DNA from: an uncultured Saprospiraceae bacterium
Lineage (GTDB): Bacteria > Bacteroidota > Bacteroidia > Chitinophagales > Saprospiraceae
DNA length: 64,000 nucleotides
Reading direction: 5' to 3'
NCBI GenBank assembly: GCA_937944095.1
Contig: CALEAC010000027.1
Coordinates: forward strand, 2,524-66,523
Under the pieces are notes generated by a model. The model saw only the letters and a program-made list of their open reading frames with translations, was not told the DNA's origin and did no database searches. This document shows positions 1 to 10,333 of this stretch, piece after piece (positions within the stretch are counted from its first letter, which is position 1; each line of letters begins with the position of its first letter). The position numbers and the translations under genes were made by a program.

Positions 1-2490
1 TATGCTATGATTTCCCGCTACCGTGAATATCATATCATCTACTTGGTGATCATGGGCTTTCAGCAGGACCTTTCCATCCTTGATATCAAACCAGTTCTTC
101 GAATCTTTAATATTCCACTTTTTAAGTTGATCTATCCCTAGGGCATTTGCTATTTTTTCGATTGGTTCGAAACTCTGTAATTCACCTTTGATGGTTTCTA
201 GGAACCCAGAGGCTGTCACCTTGTATAAGTCAGGCGTCATGTCCTTCTTAATGGGGCCAGCCATGACAAGTGTAGAATTAAAGATGCCTTCTAACCTCTG
301 AGCTATTGGTGCTAAGGCACGGAAAGACTTAGAGTTTTCGAACATCTTCCTGAACTTGATATCAGACATCTTGTATTTCATGTCGAATAGTAAGTTGTTC
401 GGGTCACTCGAATCATACCTGCCATCTAGGTCTATACGGCCATCCATGGTGTTAGCTTGACCTTCAGTCAGATTTGCTTGGGCATCAGCAATAGCAATTT
501 TACCTTCGACGTCAGTCAATACATATTTGTCATAGGTGACAGTACCTATCTCCGGATAGACATCTATTTTGACTTTTTGTGGTATCAGTACTGGTTCGCT
601 AATACTTTCGTCGTCGGCACTTTCTTTAGTATAAGCATCTAGGTTTAAGTTTTTGGCATTTAGATACATCTTTCCGTTAAGTGTACCATCATCATATAGA
701 TAGGTGCCTATATCCGAAACTTCTCCTCTCAGGGTGAGTGGTTCTTTGTATGAAGTGATAGTGGCAGAACTGATTTGCATACGATCATCGTCTAAGCTCA
801 TGTTAATTGCAAGCTTTTCTAGTTCATATTCTTCGTAATTAATCTTGTCCGCCTTATAAGACCCTTTTAGAGAAAGTGTCTCTATAATATTATCGGTTAC
901 TGAAGTCGTATCAATATCAGTCGTCTTACTTTGCTCACTTAGGGTAGAAATCTCATCTAAGTCCAGTAGCTCACTCTTCATATCTATATCAAAACTCGAA
1001 TCCATAGAATCACTCATTAGTGCCAGTGGATCATCGATCATGATGTTACCAGAGAAATCCGATTTTCCAATTTTACTATTGACGACAGTTGTCTCTATCG
1101 ATTTGGGATCTAAGTTCATTTTAACCTGCTCCATACTGATAGGCCATTGGTCATATAAAAAGTTGACATTAGTACCGACAAACTGACCTTGGAGATTTGT
1201 TTTTTCATAGGCTTGTGCACTGATGTCAGCAGCCTTAGCATCTACCGTTAGGTCTATTTTGATCAGACCTGATTCCATCTTAATACCATTCAGCGGATAA
1301 GCTTTTGCTAGTTTAGCGAAATCGAGTGTCCCATTCATGAAGCCCTTGACATGAGGGTTGTCTAGTGCTTGGCTGATAAGTAGCTTACCTGCCATGCGGT
1401 CCTGATCGATAAGAAAGCTCAAAGCAGATAAATCTAGCTTTAGATCTGACCAATCATTACTGTTACTAACTGCTTTGAGATCCAATGTAATATCTTCTAT
1501 TGGCCACTTTAGATCTGGGTATTGGATTCGACCCTTGTCTATCTTGACATCCATGTCGATATGTGGATAGATTTTCTGATCACCAGCGTACGTTCCTTTG
1601 ATGGTACCCTTCAGAAAACTATTGCCTTCAGACTTTATTTGCCCATGACCTCCAGCGTATTCTAGAGGTATCATAGACAGGATAGAAGAAACACTGTTGT
1701 TAGGTGCAGCTATATTGAGATCCAGATCTAAGGCTTCATTTCGTTGAGTGACAGTCCCTTCTAGAGACAGGTCTAAGTCATTCAGTTGGATAAGGTTCTT
1801 TTTGAATTCATAACTGCTCTTGTCCATATCGATGCCTAGGTCCACCTCTGCTTTGACTTGTGCTTGGTTGAGATACCTGACACCACCAGAACTCATACTG
1901 ATTTCTTCTATCGATGTATCCGTTGACAGATCAAAAACAATATTTTCGAAATGACCAGAGCCTGTGTGGTCAAGATTCTTGATAGATAATGAGGTGTTAT
2001 TAAGTTTGTCCTTATAACGTATATTTCCATTTCTGATTTCATACTTTTCTATCTGTCCAAAGAAGCTATGATCACTGCTAGATTCTTTCGATTCTGGCGC
2101 TATATCATAATTGCTGTTGCCTGACTGATCTACAATTAGATTAATCTGGGGTTCATTAATCAGAATCGAGCGAATATTAATACCTTCTTTTGGTTTAATC
2201 ACTGAGCTAATATCCGTGCCGATGACGAGTTCTTCAGTGGAGAGCAGTTGTTGGCCTTCGAACGAATCGATACCTACGACACTTAACTTAACTAGGCTTA
2301 GGGAGATAGAAGGGAAGTCACTGAATAATGAGATGTCTAAATCTTCGAAATCGACTTTGGCTTCCACTTGTTCATTGATTTCTTTTTTAAGAAATTCGAG
2401 TAATTCTCCTTTAAATAGATAAGGCACTAACATCAAAGCAATGATGAGACCTATCAATAGTAAGACTAGTATCTTAATGAGCTTTTTCAT
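1..2490 (-). CDS. AsmA family protein (3' end lies beyond window start)
   Basis: Hand translation from ATG at 2490-2488 to position 1 shows no stop; it is absent from the ORF track because it has no stop in the window. N-terminus MKKLIKILVLLLIGLIIALMLVPYLFKGELLEFLKKEINEQV is a single TM anchor. A long beta-rich body follows, with a distal ...KNWFDIKDGKVLLKAHD... segment typical of the AsmA-like C-terminal region. Confidence 0.7.
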   Translation of the reverse strand, partial: MKKLIKILVLLLIGLIIALMLVPYLFKGELLEFLKKEINEQVEAKVDFEDLDISLFSDFPSISLSLVKLSVVGIDSFEGQQLLSTEELVIGTDISSVIKPKEGINIRSILINEPQINLIVDQSGNSNYDIAPESKESSSDHSFFGQIEKYEIRNGNIRYKDKLNNTSLSIKNLDHTGSGHFENIVFDLSTDTSIEEISMSSGGVRYLNQAQVKAEVDLGIDMDKSSYEFKKNLIQLNDLDLSLEGTVTQRNEALDLDLNIAAPNNSVSSILSMIPLEYAGGHGQIKSEGNSFLKGTIKGTYAGDQKIYPHIDMDVKIDKGRIQYPDLKWPIEDITLDLKAVSNSNDWSDLKLDLSALSFLIDQDRMAGKLLISQALDNPHVKGFMNGTLDFAKLAKAYPLNGIKMESGLIKIDLTVDAKAADISAQAYEKTNLQGQFVGTNVNFLYDQWPISMEQVKMNLDPKSIETTVVNSKIGKSDFSGNIMIDDPLALMSDSMDSSFDIDMKSELLDLDEISTLSEQSKTTDIDTTSVTDNIIETLSLKGSYKADKINYEEYELEKLAINMSLDDDRMQISSATITSYKEPLTLRGEVSDIGTYLYDDGTLNGKMYLNAKNLNLDAYTKESADDESISEPVLIPQKVKIDVYPEIGTVTYDKYVLTDVEGKIAIADAQANLTEGQANTMDGRIDLDGRYDSSDPNNLLFDMKYKMSDIKFRKMFENSKSFRALAPIAQRLEGIFNSTLVMAGPIKKDMTPDLYKVTASGFLETIKGELQSFEPIEKIANALGIDQLKKWNIKDSKNWFDIKDGKVLLKAHDHQVDDMIFTVAGNHSI

Positions 2491-2665
2491 CTTGTTTGAT
2501 TTCGGTTACAAAGATCGTCTATCCTGTGACAATAAACGCTAGGACCAGAGGATTAGTCAGATTAGAAGTCAAAATTATGATTTTGTTAATGTTATTAATG
2601 GTTAACCCTCACTAATACTAGTTGTTTCTACTTATCCTTTATAATTTTCCGTTCGATAAGAATCT

Positions 2666-4126
2666 ATGCCAATATTGCAACTCGAGAAGTATTGCCTCAC
2701 TAGGACTTCCACTGACCGTTCGTGGACTATACTAAGAGATATAAGCCTGGAAGTAGAAAGAGGAGAAATTGTTGGTCTGGTCGGACATTCTGGATCAGGT
2801 AAGTCCATGCTTCTAAGATCGATCTTAGGACTAAATGATTTATTATTCAATGTGTCTGAATCAGGTAGTATAAACTACTTCTATAAGGATGGAGCTCAGA
2901 TAGATATTCTACAAGCTGGAGATGATCTCAGAAACCTTAGAAGATTTGAAATTGGACTGATCTTCCAGCATTCTCAAGAGATTCTTAATCCGCGCCAAAC
3001 TATAGGACATCAGATCATCGAGAAGATCGGAAGTGTAGATAATAATACCCAAGTACAGATTTATGAATTATTAGAGGAAGTAGAGTTAATACCAGGGGAT
3101 TCTTATTATAAGAGGTTTCCACATGAACTATCTGGCGGTCAGATCCAAAGAGCATTAATCGCGATGGCCTTAGTTAATGACCCAGACCTCCTTCTTGCAG
3201 ATGAACCCGTATCAGCATTGGATAAAGAGACGCAGTATAAGATGTTAGATCTAATTAGGAAGTTGTCTGTTGACCGTGGCTTATCATTGATTCTTGTTTC
3301 TCATGATGGGGGTTTGGTTAGGGATTATTGTAATCGGATTATTGCTATAGAAGATGGCGAGCTTATACCATATCGATATGCAAATACTGATCTCGTAGAT
3401 CCTAGACCTGCGTCGCCCCAGTCAATAGAGAATAAAATTCTCTTTGAGTTAGACAAGGTAAATATGACTTATAACTCTCGATCATTATTCGGCAAGAACA
3501 AAAATGGGGTAGAGGTATTTAGTAGCTTGTCTATGAAAATTTATGAAGGAGAAATTCTTTGTGTTACTGGAAAGACCGGTTCTGGAAAATCGACCCTAGG
3601 AAAGTTATTAGTTGGACTCGAAACCTCGGATAGTGGACAAGTCAAGTATATGGGCAAGTCGATTTATAAGATGACTAGAGATGAGGTATTTCGTTTCAAG
3701 CATTCTTGTCAGTTTATCTTCCAAGATCCGCTGAGTTCTATGGCACCACACCGGACTATGGTAGCCTTTCTTGGGGATGTTTTCTCAGTAAAAAAGCAAC
3801 CGTATGATGAAACTATTGTAATGGAGCTATTAACTAAAGTCGCCTTAGATTCTAGCCTTCTATCTCGTCGACCAAAGGAATTATCTGGCGGACAACGACA
3901 AAGATTCATGATCGCTAGAGCCTTACTTATGGGGGCTTCGTTTCTTATTTGTGACGAGATATTGGCTTCCGTAGATTCTCGGGTTTCAGATAAAATCATT
4001 CAATTATTAATTGACTTAAATAAGGATGAGGGCATTACGTTTCTGTATATCACGCATGACATAGAGATGGCAAATAGAATTGCGCACAGGATAATTAACC
4101 TAGATACCGAGATCCGTTTAGGTTAA
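2666..4126 (+). CDS. ABC transporter ATP-binding protein with two fused ATPase cassettes (DppD/YejF-like)
   Basis: 486 aa. Walker A GHSGSGKS and GKTGSGKS, ABC signatures LSGGQIQR and LSGGQRQR, Walker B LLLADEP and FLICDE. No permease or binding-protein gene is adjacent. Confidence 0.85.
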   Translation: MPILQLEKYCLTRTSTDRSWTILRDISLEVERGEIVGLVGHSGSGKSMLLRSILGLNDLLFNVSESGSINYFYKDGAQIDILQAGDDLRNLRRFEIGLIFQHSQEILNPRQTIGHQIIEKIGSVDNNTQVQIYELLEEVELIPGDSYYKRFPHELSGGQIQRALIAMALVNDPDLLLADEPVSALDKETQYKMLDLIRKLSVDRGLSLILVSHDGGLVRDYCNRIIAIEDGELIPYRYANTDLVDPRPASPQSIENKILFELDKVNMTYNSRSLFGKNKNGVEVFSSLSMKIYEGEILCVTGKTGSGKSTLGKLLVGLETSDSGQVKYMGKSIYKMTRDEVFRFKHSCQFIFQDPLSSMAPHRTMVAFLGDVFSVKKQPYDETIVMELLTKVALDSSLLSRRPKELSGGQRQRFMIARALLMGASFLICDEILASVDSRVSDKIIQLLIDLNKDEGITFLYITHDIEMANRIAHRIINLDTEIRLG

Positions 4127-4179
4127 GAAAGTTTCCCTCGTTGTAACTTTTAAGGTAGATATAACGTTAGTGTTAATGA

Positions 4180-4419
4180 ATGCTCAACAATTCTCAACCA
4201 ATCATGAATATGACTAAATATCAGCGGGTATTATTATCCTCGTTAGTCTTGCTTAGTTTTTTATCTATAATTACCTTATGTGTCCTTGATTATAAGCATA
4301 CATATACCGAAGCAAGTCTAATGATTCAGGATGTCAGCCAGACTCAGACAGAGATTATGTTGAAATTTGATCTCTTTAATAGTGCTTTGCATACTGTCTC
4401 TGACATCCTCCGTCCCTAA
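4180..4419 (+). CDS. hypothetical small membrane protein (weak call)
   Basis: 79-aa ATG ORF with one hydrophobic helix (LLSSLVLLSFLSIITLCVL). No recognisable family. Its 3' end overlaps the convergent fmt stop by 4 nt. Confidence 0.25.
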   Translation: MLNNSQPIMNMTKYQRVLLSSLVLLSFLSIITLCVLDYKHTYTEASLMIQDVSQTQTEIMLKFDLFNSALHTVSDILRP

Positions 4420-5342
4420 GCAAATTGGTTAACATCGATGTTATAACCATTGAGTAACTCTCTCACTTTCATTCTTTTCTTACCGCTTAGTTGTAATTCT
4501 AAGATATCAAGATAGCCATCCGAAGTGGCTATTTTTAGATAGGTTTTGTTATCTGTTTCGATAAGCCCTGGGGGCTGATTATGAGCTGATATGCTTGGAA
4601 TAGCCGCGTAGAGCTTAGTCTTCTGTCTATTAATGTGACACCAAGCAGTCGGATAAGGGCTGAGACCCCTAACTAGATCATGTACTTGTTTTGTTGGTTT
4701 ATGAAAGTCGATCTTGGTATTGTCCATATTCAACTTAGGGGCATGTGAGACCAGTGCTTCGGTTTGTTCTTGTAATGCTAAGTCTTCAGTTTTTAGCTTC
4801 TGGACGGTGTCATAGACAACCTCTGCGGCGACCCATTTCATTCTATCATGCAAGTCACCTGCGGTATCGTCAGGGTATATAGGTATTTCTTTTTGTAACA
4901 ATATAGATCCAGTATCTATCTCATGCTTGAGTTTGAAGCTGGTAACCCCAGTTGTCGTTTCTCCTTTTATTATTGCCCAATTAATAGGCGCGGCACCTCG
5001 ATATGCTGGTAAGAGGGATCCATGGAGGTTATAAGTGCCTAATGATGGCCTATTCCATACCATTTCTGGGAGCATTCTGAATGCGACAACCACCTGAAGG
5101 TCAGCCTCTAATGCTGCTAGGGTCTCGTTAAAACCCTTCGACTTAAGATTGGTAGGCTGTAATATATTGAGTCCTTTAGACACTGCATACTTCTTAACAG
5201 CGGATTCTATTAAGGTTTTTCGACCTCTACCACCATATTTGTCTACTGAAGTAACCACACCGACGACGTTTTCACGAGCTTGGACAAGTATATCTAAGCA
5301 GGTAACAGCAAAATCAGGTGTCCCAAAAAATATGATTTTCAT
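4416..5342 (-). CDS. fmt: methionyl-tRNA formyltransferase
   Basis: 308 aa. MKIIFFGTPDFAV N-terminus, formyltransferase core NLHGSLLPAYRGAAPINWAI, and a C-terminal Fmt-type domain. Confidence 0.95.
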   Translation of the reverse strand: MKIIFFGTPDFAVTCLDILVQARENVVGVVTSVDKYGGRGRKTLIESAVKKYAVSKGLNILQPTNLKSKGFNETLAALEADLQVVVAFRMLPEMVWNRPSLGTYNLHGSLLPAYRGAAPINWAIIKGETTTGVTSFKLKHEIDTGSILLQKEIPIYPDDTAGDLHDRMKWVAAEVVYDTVQKLKTEDLALQEQTEALVSHAPKLNMDNTKIDFHKPTKQVHDLVRGLSPYPTAWCHINRQKTKLYAAIPSISAHNQPPGLIETDNKTYLKIATSDGYLDILELQLSGKKRMKVRELLNGYNIDVNQFA

Positions 5343-5426
5343 TCAGAGTATCTAATTTTGATTTATATAAATTGGAATTGCTAATTTGTTGTAATAATAG
5401 GGACTATAATTAATAGAGATTGCGAT

Positions 5427-7223
5427 ATGAACATATATAAATTTATCACCTTACCATTGCTGGGATTATTAATGTTTTCGGGCATCGTTGCCCAGAATAT
5501 TACGGTAGAAGGCTATGTTTTCGAGTCTGGTAACAGGGGTTTTCTTAATGTCGTTCAGATGGACGTAAAGAGTTCATCAGGACAGTTACTGGGAACAACT
5601 TTTACTGATGTAAATGGCTACTTCAGTGTCGAAGTACCAAAGAAAGACAGTTATCAGCTGACGGCGTTCAAGGACATGTTTGAGAGCATGGAGCTAGAGT
5701 TGGATGCAAAGAGTGTCGCTGAAGGTGGAAAATTATTCTCTAAGATTAAAATGAAAAGGGCACCTGGCTACCAGTTCGAGATCACCTTGGCTGAGAAGCG
5801 AGCAGAAAAATTTGCTCCAAGAGATGCAATAAAAGGCGCTCGAATCGAAGTCTATAACAATACAACAAAAAAAGAGGTGCTTGTCTTAGAGAAACACCCG
5901 CAACCTGAGTTCAATGTATCATTGCTCAAAGGAAATCACTATACCATCCTAGTTAGAAAAGATGGCTACATCAATAAGCGGATGGAAGCTTTTGTCAATG
6001 TAGAAGGCTGTATCCTCTGCTTCGAGGGCATTGGGTCTATTGAACCAGGGGTTTCGGACAATCTAAGCGAAGGCAATCAGATGGGTGTGTTATTGGCTAA
6101 TGTAGAACTAGAGCCTTTGTTCGAAGGAAAAACACTGACGATTAATAATATCCTATATGAAGTCAATGAAGCTAGGTTGGATCCCAATGAAAGAAACGGC
6201 TTGAATAAGTTGGTCATTCTGATGAAAGATAACCCCGATATAGATGTGGAGATAGGCTCTCATACAGATGCCAATGGCCCTGCTGAATACAATATGAAAT
6301 TATCCAAGCAGCGTGCCTCAAATGTGGTAGAGTACCTAGTCGATAAAGGTATCGAAGAGCGTCGCCTGATTTCCAGGGGTTATGGCGAAACTCAACCACT
6401 TAATGGGTGCCATGATGGTGTAAAGTGTACGCCTGAGCAACATAAGATGAATAGAAGAACGGAGCTCAAAATCTTGGGTATTACGGCAAGTGGTCTTCCA
6501 ATCCGCTCTCTCGCTAAAATCAAAACGATTGAACAAGGTGAAGCTTTACTGGAGGAAATTCAGTTTGGCGGGCAGATTCAGGTACCTCTAGACAGTACGC
6601 AAGTGGATAGTACTACCCTAGAACGAATTGCAAAAGAACTAAAGACAAAACAACCTGTAACTGAAATGGAGACTGACGTCGAATTAGAAGTGGTTACAGA
6701 AGAAATAGAAGTGGCGAAGGAACAAGTCCAAGTAGAGGTAGAAGAGTCTATAGTCTTAGCTAATACAAATCCGGATACTGATGAGAGTGACAGATCAGTA
6801 GATTCAGAGAAGACCATTATCGATAGCTCTACAGTTGCAGTCGTCGATCCCCCTGTATTGATACTCAAATCTATATTAAAGGAGGACAAAGATGTAGAGC
6901 TCGCCCCGAAAGAGACTGAGGTCGTGATAGAGAAGGAAGCAATGGAAGAAATTACAGATCAGAATAAGGTCGGAGCGCCGTCTGAGACAAAGTATAGTAT
7001 CGTCGTTATGGAATCAGAGACGGCATTGGCTATGGATCATGCACTATTTGATAAGCATTCGAATTTACGTGTCATGAAAAACGAGGTTGGCATTTATTTA
7101 TACATGATAGGTATGTTTGATACCTTGGACCAAGCAGAAAAATTCTACAGATCTGCGGCTAAGTTGGCTTATCCAGATTGTTACTTGATTAAGGAAGAGG
7201 GGAAGACAATTACGAAATTATAG
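5427..7223 (+). CDS. OmpA family protein with N-terminal carboxypeptidase-regulatory-like domains, acidic linker and SPOR-like C-terminus
   Basis: Signal peptide. VEGYVFESGNRGFL...DVNGYFSVEV matches the CarboxypepD_reg pattern. OmpA_C core NILYEVNEARLD...GSHTDANGPAEYNMKLSKQRASNVVEYL...NRRTELKILG lies at about 6132-6480. An E/V/T-rich linker spans about 6580-6990. The last ~70 aa (YSIVVMESE...YLYMIGMFDTLDQAEKFY) look SPOR-like. Confidence 0.85.
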   Translation: MNIYKFITLPLLGLLMFSGIVAQNITVEGYVFESGNRGFLNVVQMDVKSSSGQLLGTTFTDVNGYFSVEVPKKDSYQLTAFKDMFESMELELDAKSVAEGGKLFSKIKMKRAPGYQFEITLAEKRAEKFAPRDAIKGARIEVYNNTTKKEVLVLEKHPQPEFNVSLLKGNHYTILVRKDGYINKRMEAFVNVEGCILCFEGIGSIEPGVSDNLSEGNQMGVLLANVELEPLFEGKTLTINNILYEVNEARLDPNERNGLNKLVILMKDNPDIDVEIGSHTDANGPAEYNMKLSKQRASNVVEYLVDKGIEERRLISRGYGETQPLNGCHDGVKCTPEQHKMNRRTELKILGITASGLPIRSLAKIKTIEQGEALLEEIQFGGQIQVPLDSTQVDSTTLERIAKELKTKQPVTEMETDVELEVVTEEIEVAKEQVQVEVEESIVLANTNPDTDESDRSVDSEKTIIDSSTVAVVDPPVLILKSILKEDKDVELAPKETEVVIEKEAMEEITDQNKVGAPSETKYSIVVMESETALAMDHALFDKHSNLRVMKNEVGIYLYMIGMFDTLDQAEKFYRSAAKLAYPDCYLIKEEGKTITKL

Positions 7224-7228
7224 GCTTA

Positions 7229-7792
7229 TTAGAATTCGAGTCCTAGAGTCAGACCGACCATATTTGGATTTTGTCTTATTGATAGACTTAAATCATCGCT
7301 GACATCAAATTCGATTAGGTGTCGATTGACAAAAGCCTCAGCCATCTGGAATATGTGTACAGCAACTAGGCCCATGATTGCATAATCACGTAATTGCATC
7401 CTACTGTCTCGGACTTCCTTCACTTGTTCTGGACTATCTCGACCTTCGAATTCAGTGATACTACCTGAGGCCATATCCGCTAGGCCTTGATTCCAATATC
7501 TGAAGCTACGCGACCGCTGGACAAGAAAATTAATTGCGGCACCTTCTGCAGCCAGGACAATAGGTATTTTCCAATATTTCTTATTATAGAACTGACCAGC
7601 TCCGGGTATCACACCTGAATAGAGTGCTGCTCTTCCGGGATTACCTTTGAATAAGCTAAGCAATGCGAATGGGTCTCCTTTGGTATTTGATGTTTTGGTG
7701 TTGGATGCATTGGTTGTTGAATCTGAAAATTGGGCCTGAGAAGTGAAGCTCAGGATAACAAGTATCACAGTAATGCTAAAAGTCCTTAACAT
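7229..7792 (-). CDS. DUF5683 domain-containing protein
   Basis: 187 aa with a signal peptide. The SGVIPGAGQFYNKKYWKIPIV motif and a position directly downstream of parB are typical of this Bacteroidota family. Confidence 0.7.
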   Translation of the reverse strand: MLRTFSITVILVILSFTSQAQFSDSTTNASNTKTSNTKGDPFALLSLFKGNPGRAALYSGVIPGAGQFYNKKYWKIPIVLAAEGAAINFLVQRSRSFRYWNQGLADMASGSITEFEGRDSPEQVKEVRDSRMQLRDYAIMGLVAVHIFQMAEAFVNRHLIEFDVSDDLSLSIRQNPNMVGLTLGLEF

Positions 7793-7831
7793 AAATACCT
7801 AACGCTGTGGTTATCTCTATTATTCTTCGAA

Positions 7832-8728
7832 TTATTCAGCTTCGATAAGCTCGATGATATCATTGAATTGGTCATCAGAAGCGAATTGTAGCGTAATCTT
7901 TCCCGAACCACTCTTTTTTCTACTGATTTCCACTCGACATCCTAATTGATGTGAAAGTCTATCTTTGATTTTAGTGATTTCAGGATGGACGGTAGGCTTC
8001 GTTTTTTTAGGGGATGATTTAGGCTCCTTATTATTTCTGACCTCAGCCTCTAATTGTCTGACAGATAGATTGTCTGACTTGGTCTGCTTAAATAAAATCA
8101 GTTGCTGAGCTGAATCAGAAATCGATAAGAGGGCCTTAGCATGTCCCATGCTGATCTTTTTCTCTCTGAGAGCTGCCTGGATATCCGGAGGTAACTTCAG
8201 GATTCTAGTATAGTTAGTGACTGTACTTCTATCTTTTCCGACTCGCTTAGCCAGTTCTTCGTGCTGTAAGTTACATTCGTCGATAAGTCTTTGGTATGAG
8301 ATAGCGATCTCTAGTGCATTCAGATCACTTCGCTGGATGTTTTCTACAAGGGCTAGTTCGAGCATTCCTTGGTCATCAGCAATTCTGATATAGACTGGGA
8401 CTTTTTTTAATCCGGCTAATTTAGACGCGCGCCATCTTCTTTCTCCAGATATGATTTGATATTTAGAAGTTGATATTTTTCTGACAGTAATAGGTTGGAT
8501 TAGTCCGTAGGACTTTATAGATTGTACGAGTTCTAGTAGCTCTTCTTTTCTAAATTCAGTTCTGGGTTGGAATGGGTTGGCTTCTATGGCAGTGATATCT
8601 ATTTCGTTAGCCGTGCTAGATATCTCAGCAATCGCCTGTTGCTTCTCAGCCTTAGGGGTATCAGTATTATCTATTTTAGTAAGTAAGGCTCTTAGCCCTT
8701 TTCCTAATTGTTCTTTCTTCTTACTCAT
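7832..8728 (-). CDS. parB: ParB/Spo0J chromosome partitioning protein
   Basis: 298 aa. [17 protein letters not shown]-terminus, ParB box [12 protein letters not shown], and an HTH segment. Its start overlaps the parA stop by 4 nt. Confidence 0.95.
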   Translation of the reverse strand: MSKKKEQLGKGLRALLTKIDNTDTPKAEKQQAIAEISSTANEIDITAIEANPFQPRTEFRKEELLELVQSIKSYGLIQPITVRKISTSKYQIISGERRWRASKLAGLKKVPVYIRIADDQGMLELALVENIQRSDLNALEIAISYQRLIDECNLQHEELAKRVGKDRSTVTNYTRILKLPPDIQAALREKKISMGHAKALLSISDSAQQLILFKQTKSDNLSVRQLEAEVRNNKEPKSSPKKTKPTVHPEITKIKDRLSHQLGCRVEISRKKSGSGKITLQFASDDQFNDIIELIEAE

Positions 8729-9510
8729 GCATTGCTAATTGATGTAGGCTCATTTTTCTTGATGAATTCATCTGCTAGATTTAAGAAATTTTTGGATCCC
8801 TTGCTGGATACATCATACAATATGACAGGCTTGCCTACACTAGGCGCTTCTCCGATTTTGGAATTCCTGTGTATAATTGTATCGAAAACCTTGTCAGAGA
8901 GAATCTCATGGACTTCCTCGACAACCATTTTGGCGAGTCTTAGCCTTTTGTCAAACATAGAAAGAATAATGCCCTCTATTTCTAATTTTGGATTCAGTGA
9001 TTGATTCACTAAGCCGATGGTGTTTTTCAGTTTGCCTAATCCTTGCAATGAGAAGACCTCACATTGTACAGGTATAAGGACAGAATCAGAGGCACATAAT
9101 GAATTGATTGTTATGATACCTAAAGACGGTAGACAGTCAATGAATATAAAATCATAGTCATCTCTGACTTCAGCAAGAACCTTGGCCATAACAAATTCTC
9201 TATCACTTACGCCTGCTAGTTCTAGCTCGGCACCTACCAGATCAATATTAGATCCTAATACATCCAGATAGGGTATCTCAGTAGACACAATTGCAGATCG
9301 GGCACTTTGCTCATTAATCAGACAATCATAGATACTATACTTTAGACTATCAGGATTTATACCTAGACCTGCTGTTGCATTAGCCTGTGGGTCAGCGTCT
9401 ACTAAAAGCACCTTGTATTCCAAGATAGCGATTGCAGCTGCTAGGTTTATTGCTGTTGTGGTCTTTCCGACTCCACCTTTTTGATTTGCTATGGATATAA
9501 CCTTCGACAT
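8725..9510 (-). CDS. parA: ParA/Soj chromosome partitioning ATPase
   Basis: 261 aa with the deviant Walker [20 protein letters not shown]. Confidence 0.95.
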   Translation of the reverse strand: MSKVISIANQKGGVGKTTTAINLAAAIAILEYKVLLVDADPQANATAGLGINPDSLKYSIYDCLINEQSARSAIVSTEIPYLDVLGSNIDLVGAELELAGVSDREFVMAKVLAEVRDDYDFIFIDCLPSLGIITINSLCASDSVLIPVQCEVFSLQGLGKLKNTIGLVNQSLNPKLEIEGIILSMFDKRLRLAKMVVEEVHEILSDKVFDTIIHRNSKIGEAPSVGKPVILYDVSSKGSKNFLNLADEFIKKNEPTSISNA

Positions 9511-9514
9511 TTGA

Positions 9515-10195
9515 TCAGATTTCTATGCTATTACCAATCTCTAATAGGATCAGTTCCTTTCCTTTCTTTCTAAATGCTTCTAATGCAGCATTCTTATCTA
9601 TCTCGATATATCCAAAAGTATCATAGTGACACCCTATAATCCGATCACATTCTATAAATTCAGCAGCAATGGCTGCATCTTCATAACCCATAGTGAAGTT
9701 ATCACCTATGGGTAGGATAGCCACATCTAGCTTAGGACAGGTCATCGGTATTAACTTCATATCCATTGTCAGCGCTGTATCTCCTGCAAAATAAAAACAA
9801 GCACTATGATCCCAAACCACAAAACCGCCGGGATTACCACCATTAGAGCCATCAGGCAAACTACTGGTGTGAATCGCATTGACATATTTTATGGTCAATT
9901 CATCAAGTGACATTTTGCCACCATGATTTAGAGGATGCCCTTTGAGACCTTTCTCGCCAAACCATGTTGTGATCTCGTAATTGGAAATCACCAGTGCATC
10001 ATTCGCCTTTGCAATACTTTCTACATCTGCTACATGATCAGAATGCCCATGAGATACTAAGATCAATTCAGGATCGAATCGATCCAAAGATTTATCGGTC
10101 AGAATAGGATTGGCTGAAATAAAGGGGTCAATAAGCAGTTTTTTACGACTAAGCTCTATCATAAAGGTAGAATGACCATGATAAGTAATTTTCAT
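9515..10195 (-). CDS. UPF0173-type metal-dependent hydrolase (beta-lactamase fold)
   Basis: 226 aa. [14 protein letters not shown]...LIDPFIS and the HGHSDH metal motif. It lies 4 nt upstream of parA on the same strand. Confidence 0.85.
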   Translation of the reverse strand: MKITYHGHSTFMIELSRKKLLIDPFISANPILTDKSLDRFDPELILVSHGHSDHVADVESIAKANDALVISNYEITTWFGEKGLKGHPLNHGGKMSLDELTIKYVNAIHTSSLPDGSNGGNPGGFVVWDHSACFYFAGDTALTMDMKLIPMTCPKLDVAILPIGDNFTMGYEDAAIAAEFIECDRIIGCHYDTFGYIEIDKNAALEAFRKKGKELILLEIGNSIEI

Positions 10196-10276
10196 ATGAG
10201 ATATCGTATAAAATTAGTGGGCCAAAGATAATTCGAATATGGTCTTTGGCACAGATAGTTATTAACATACTACCAT

Positions 10277-10308
10277 AAAAAAAAAGAGGCTATCTCAGTG
10301 AGACAGCC
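10277..10308 (-). terminator. rho-independent terminator after the 1407-aa adhesin gene
   Basis: A 9-bp stem (ggctgtctc / gagatagcc on the minus strand, one G-U pair) with a 3-nt loop is followed by tc and then a 9-nt T run on the minus strand (A run 10277-10285 on plus). Confidence 0.6.
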
Positions 10309-10333
10309 CCTTTTATTACTTTCAATTATTTTA

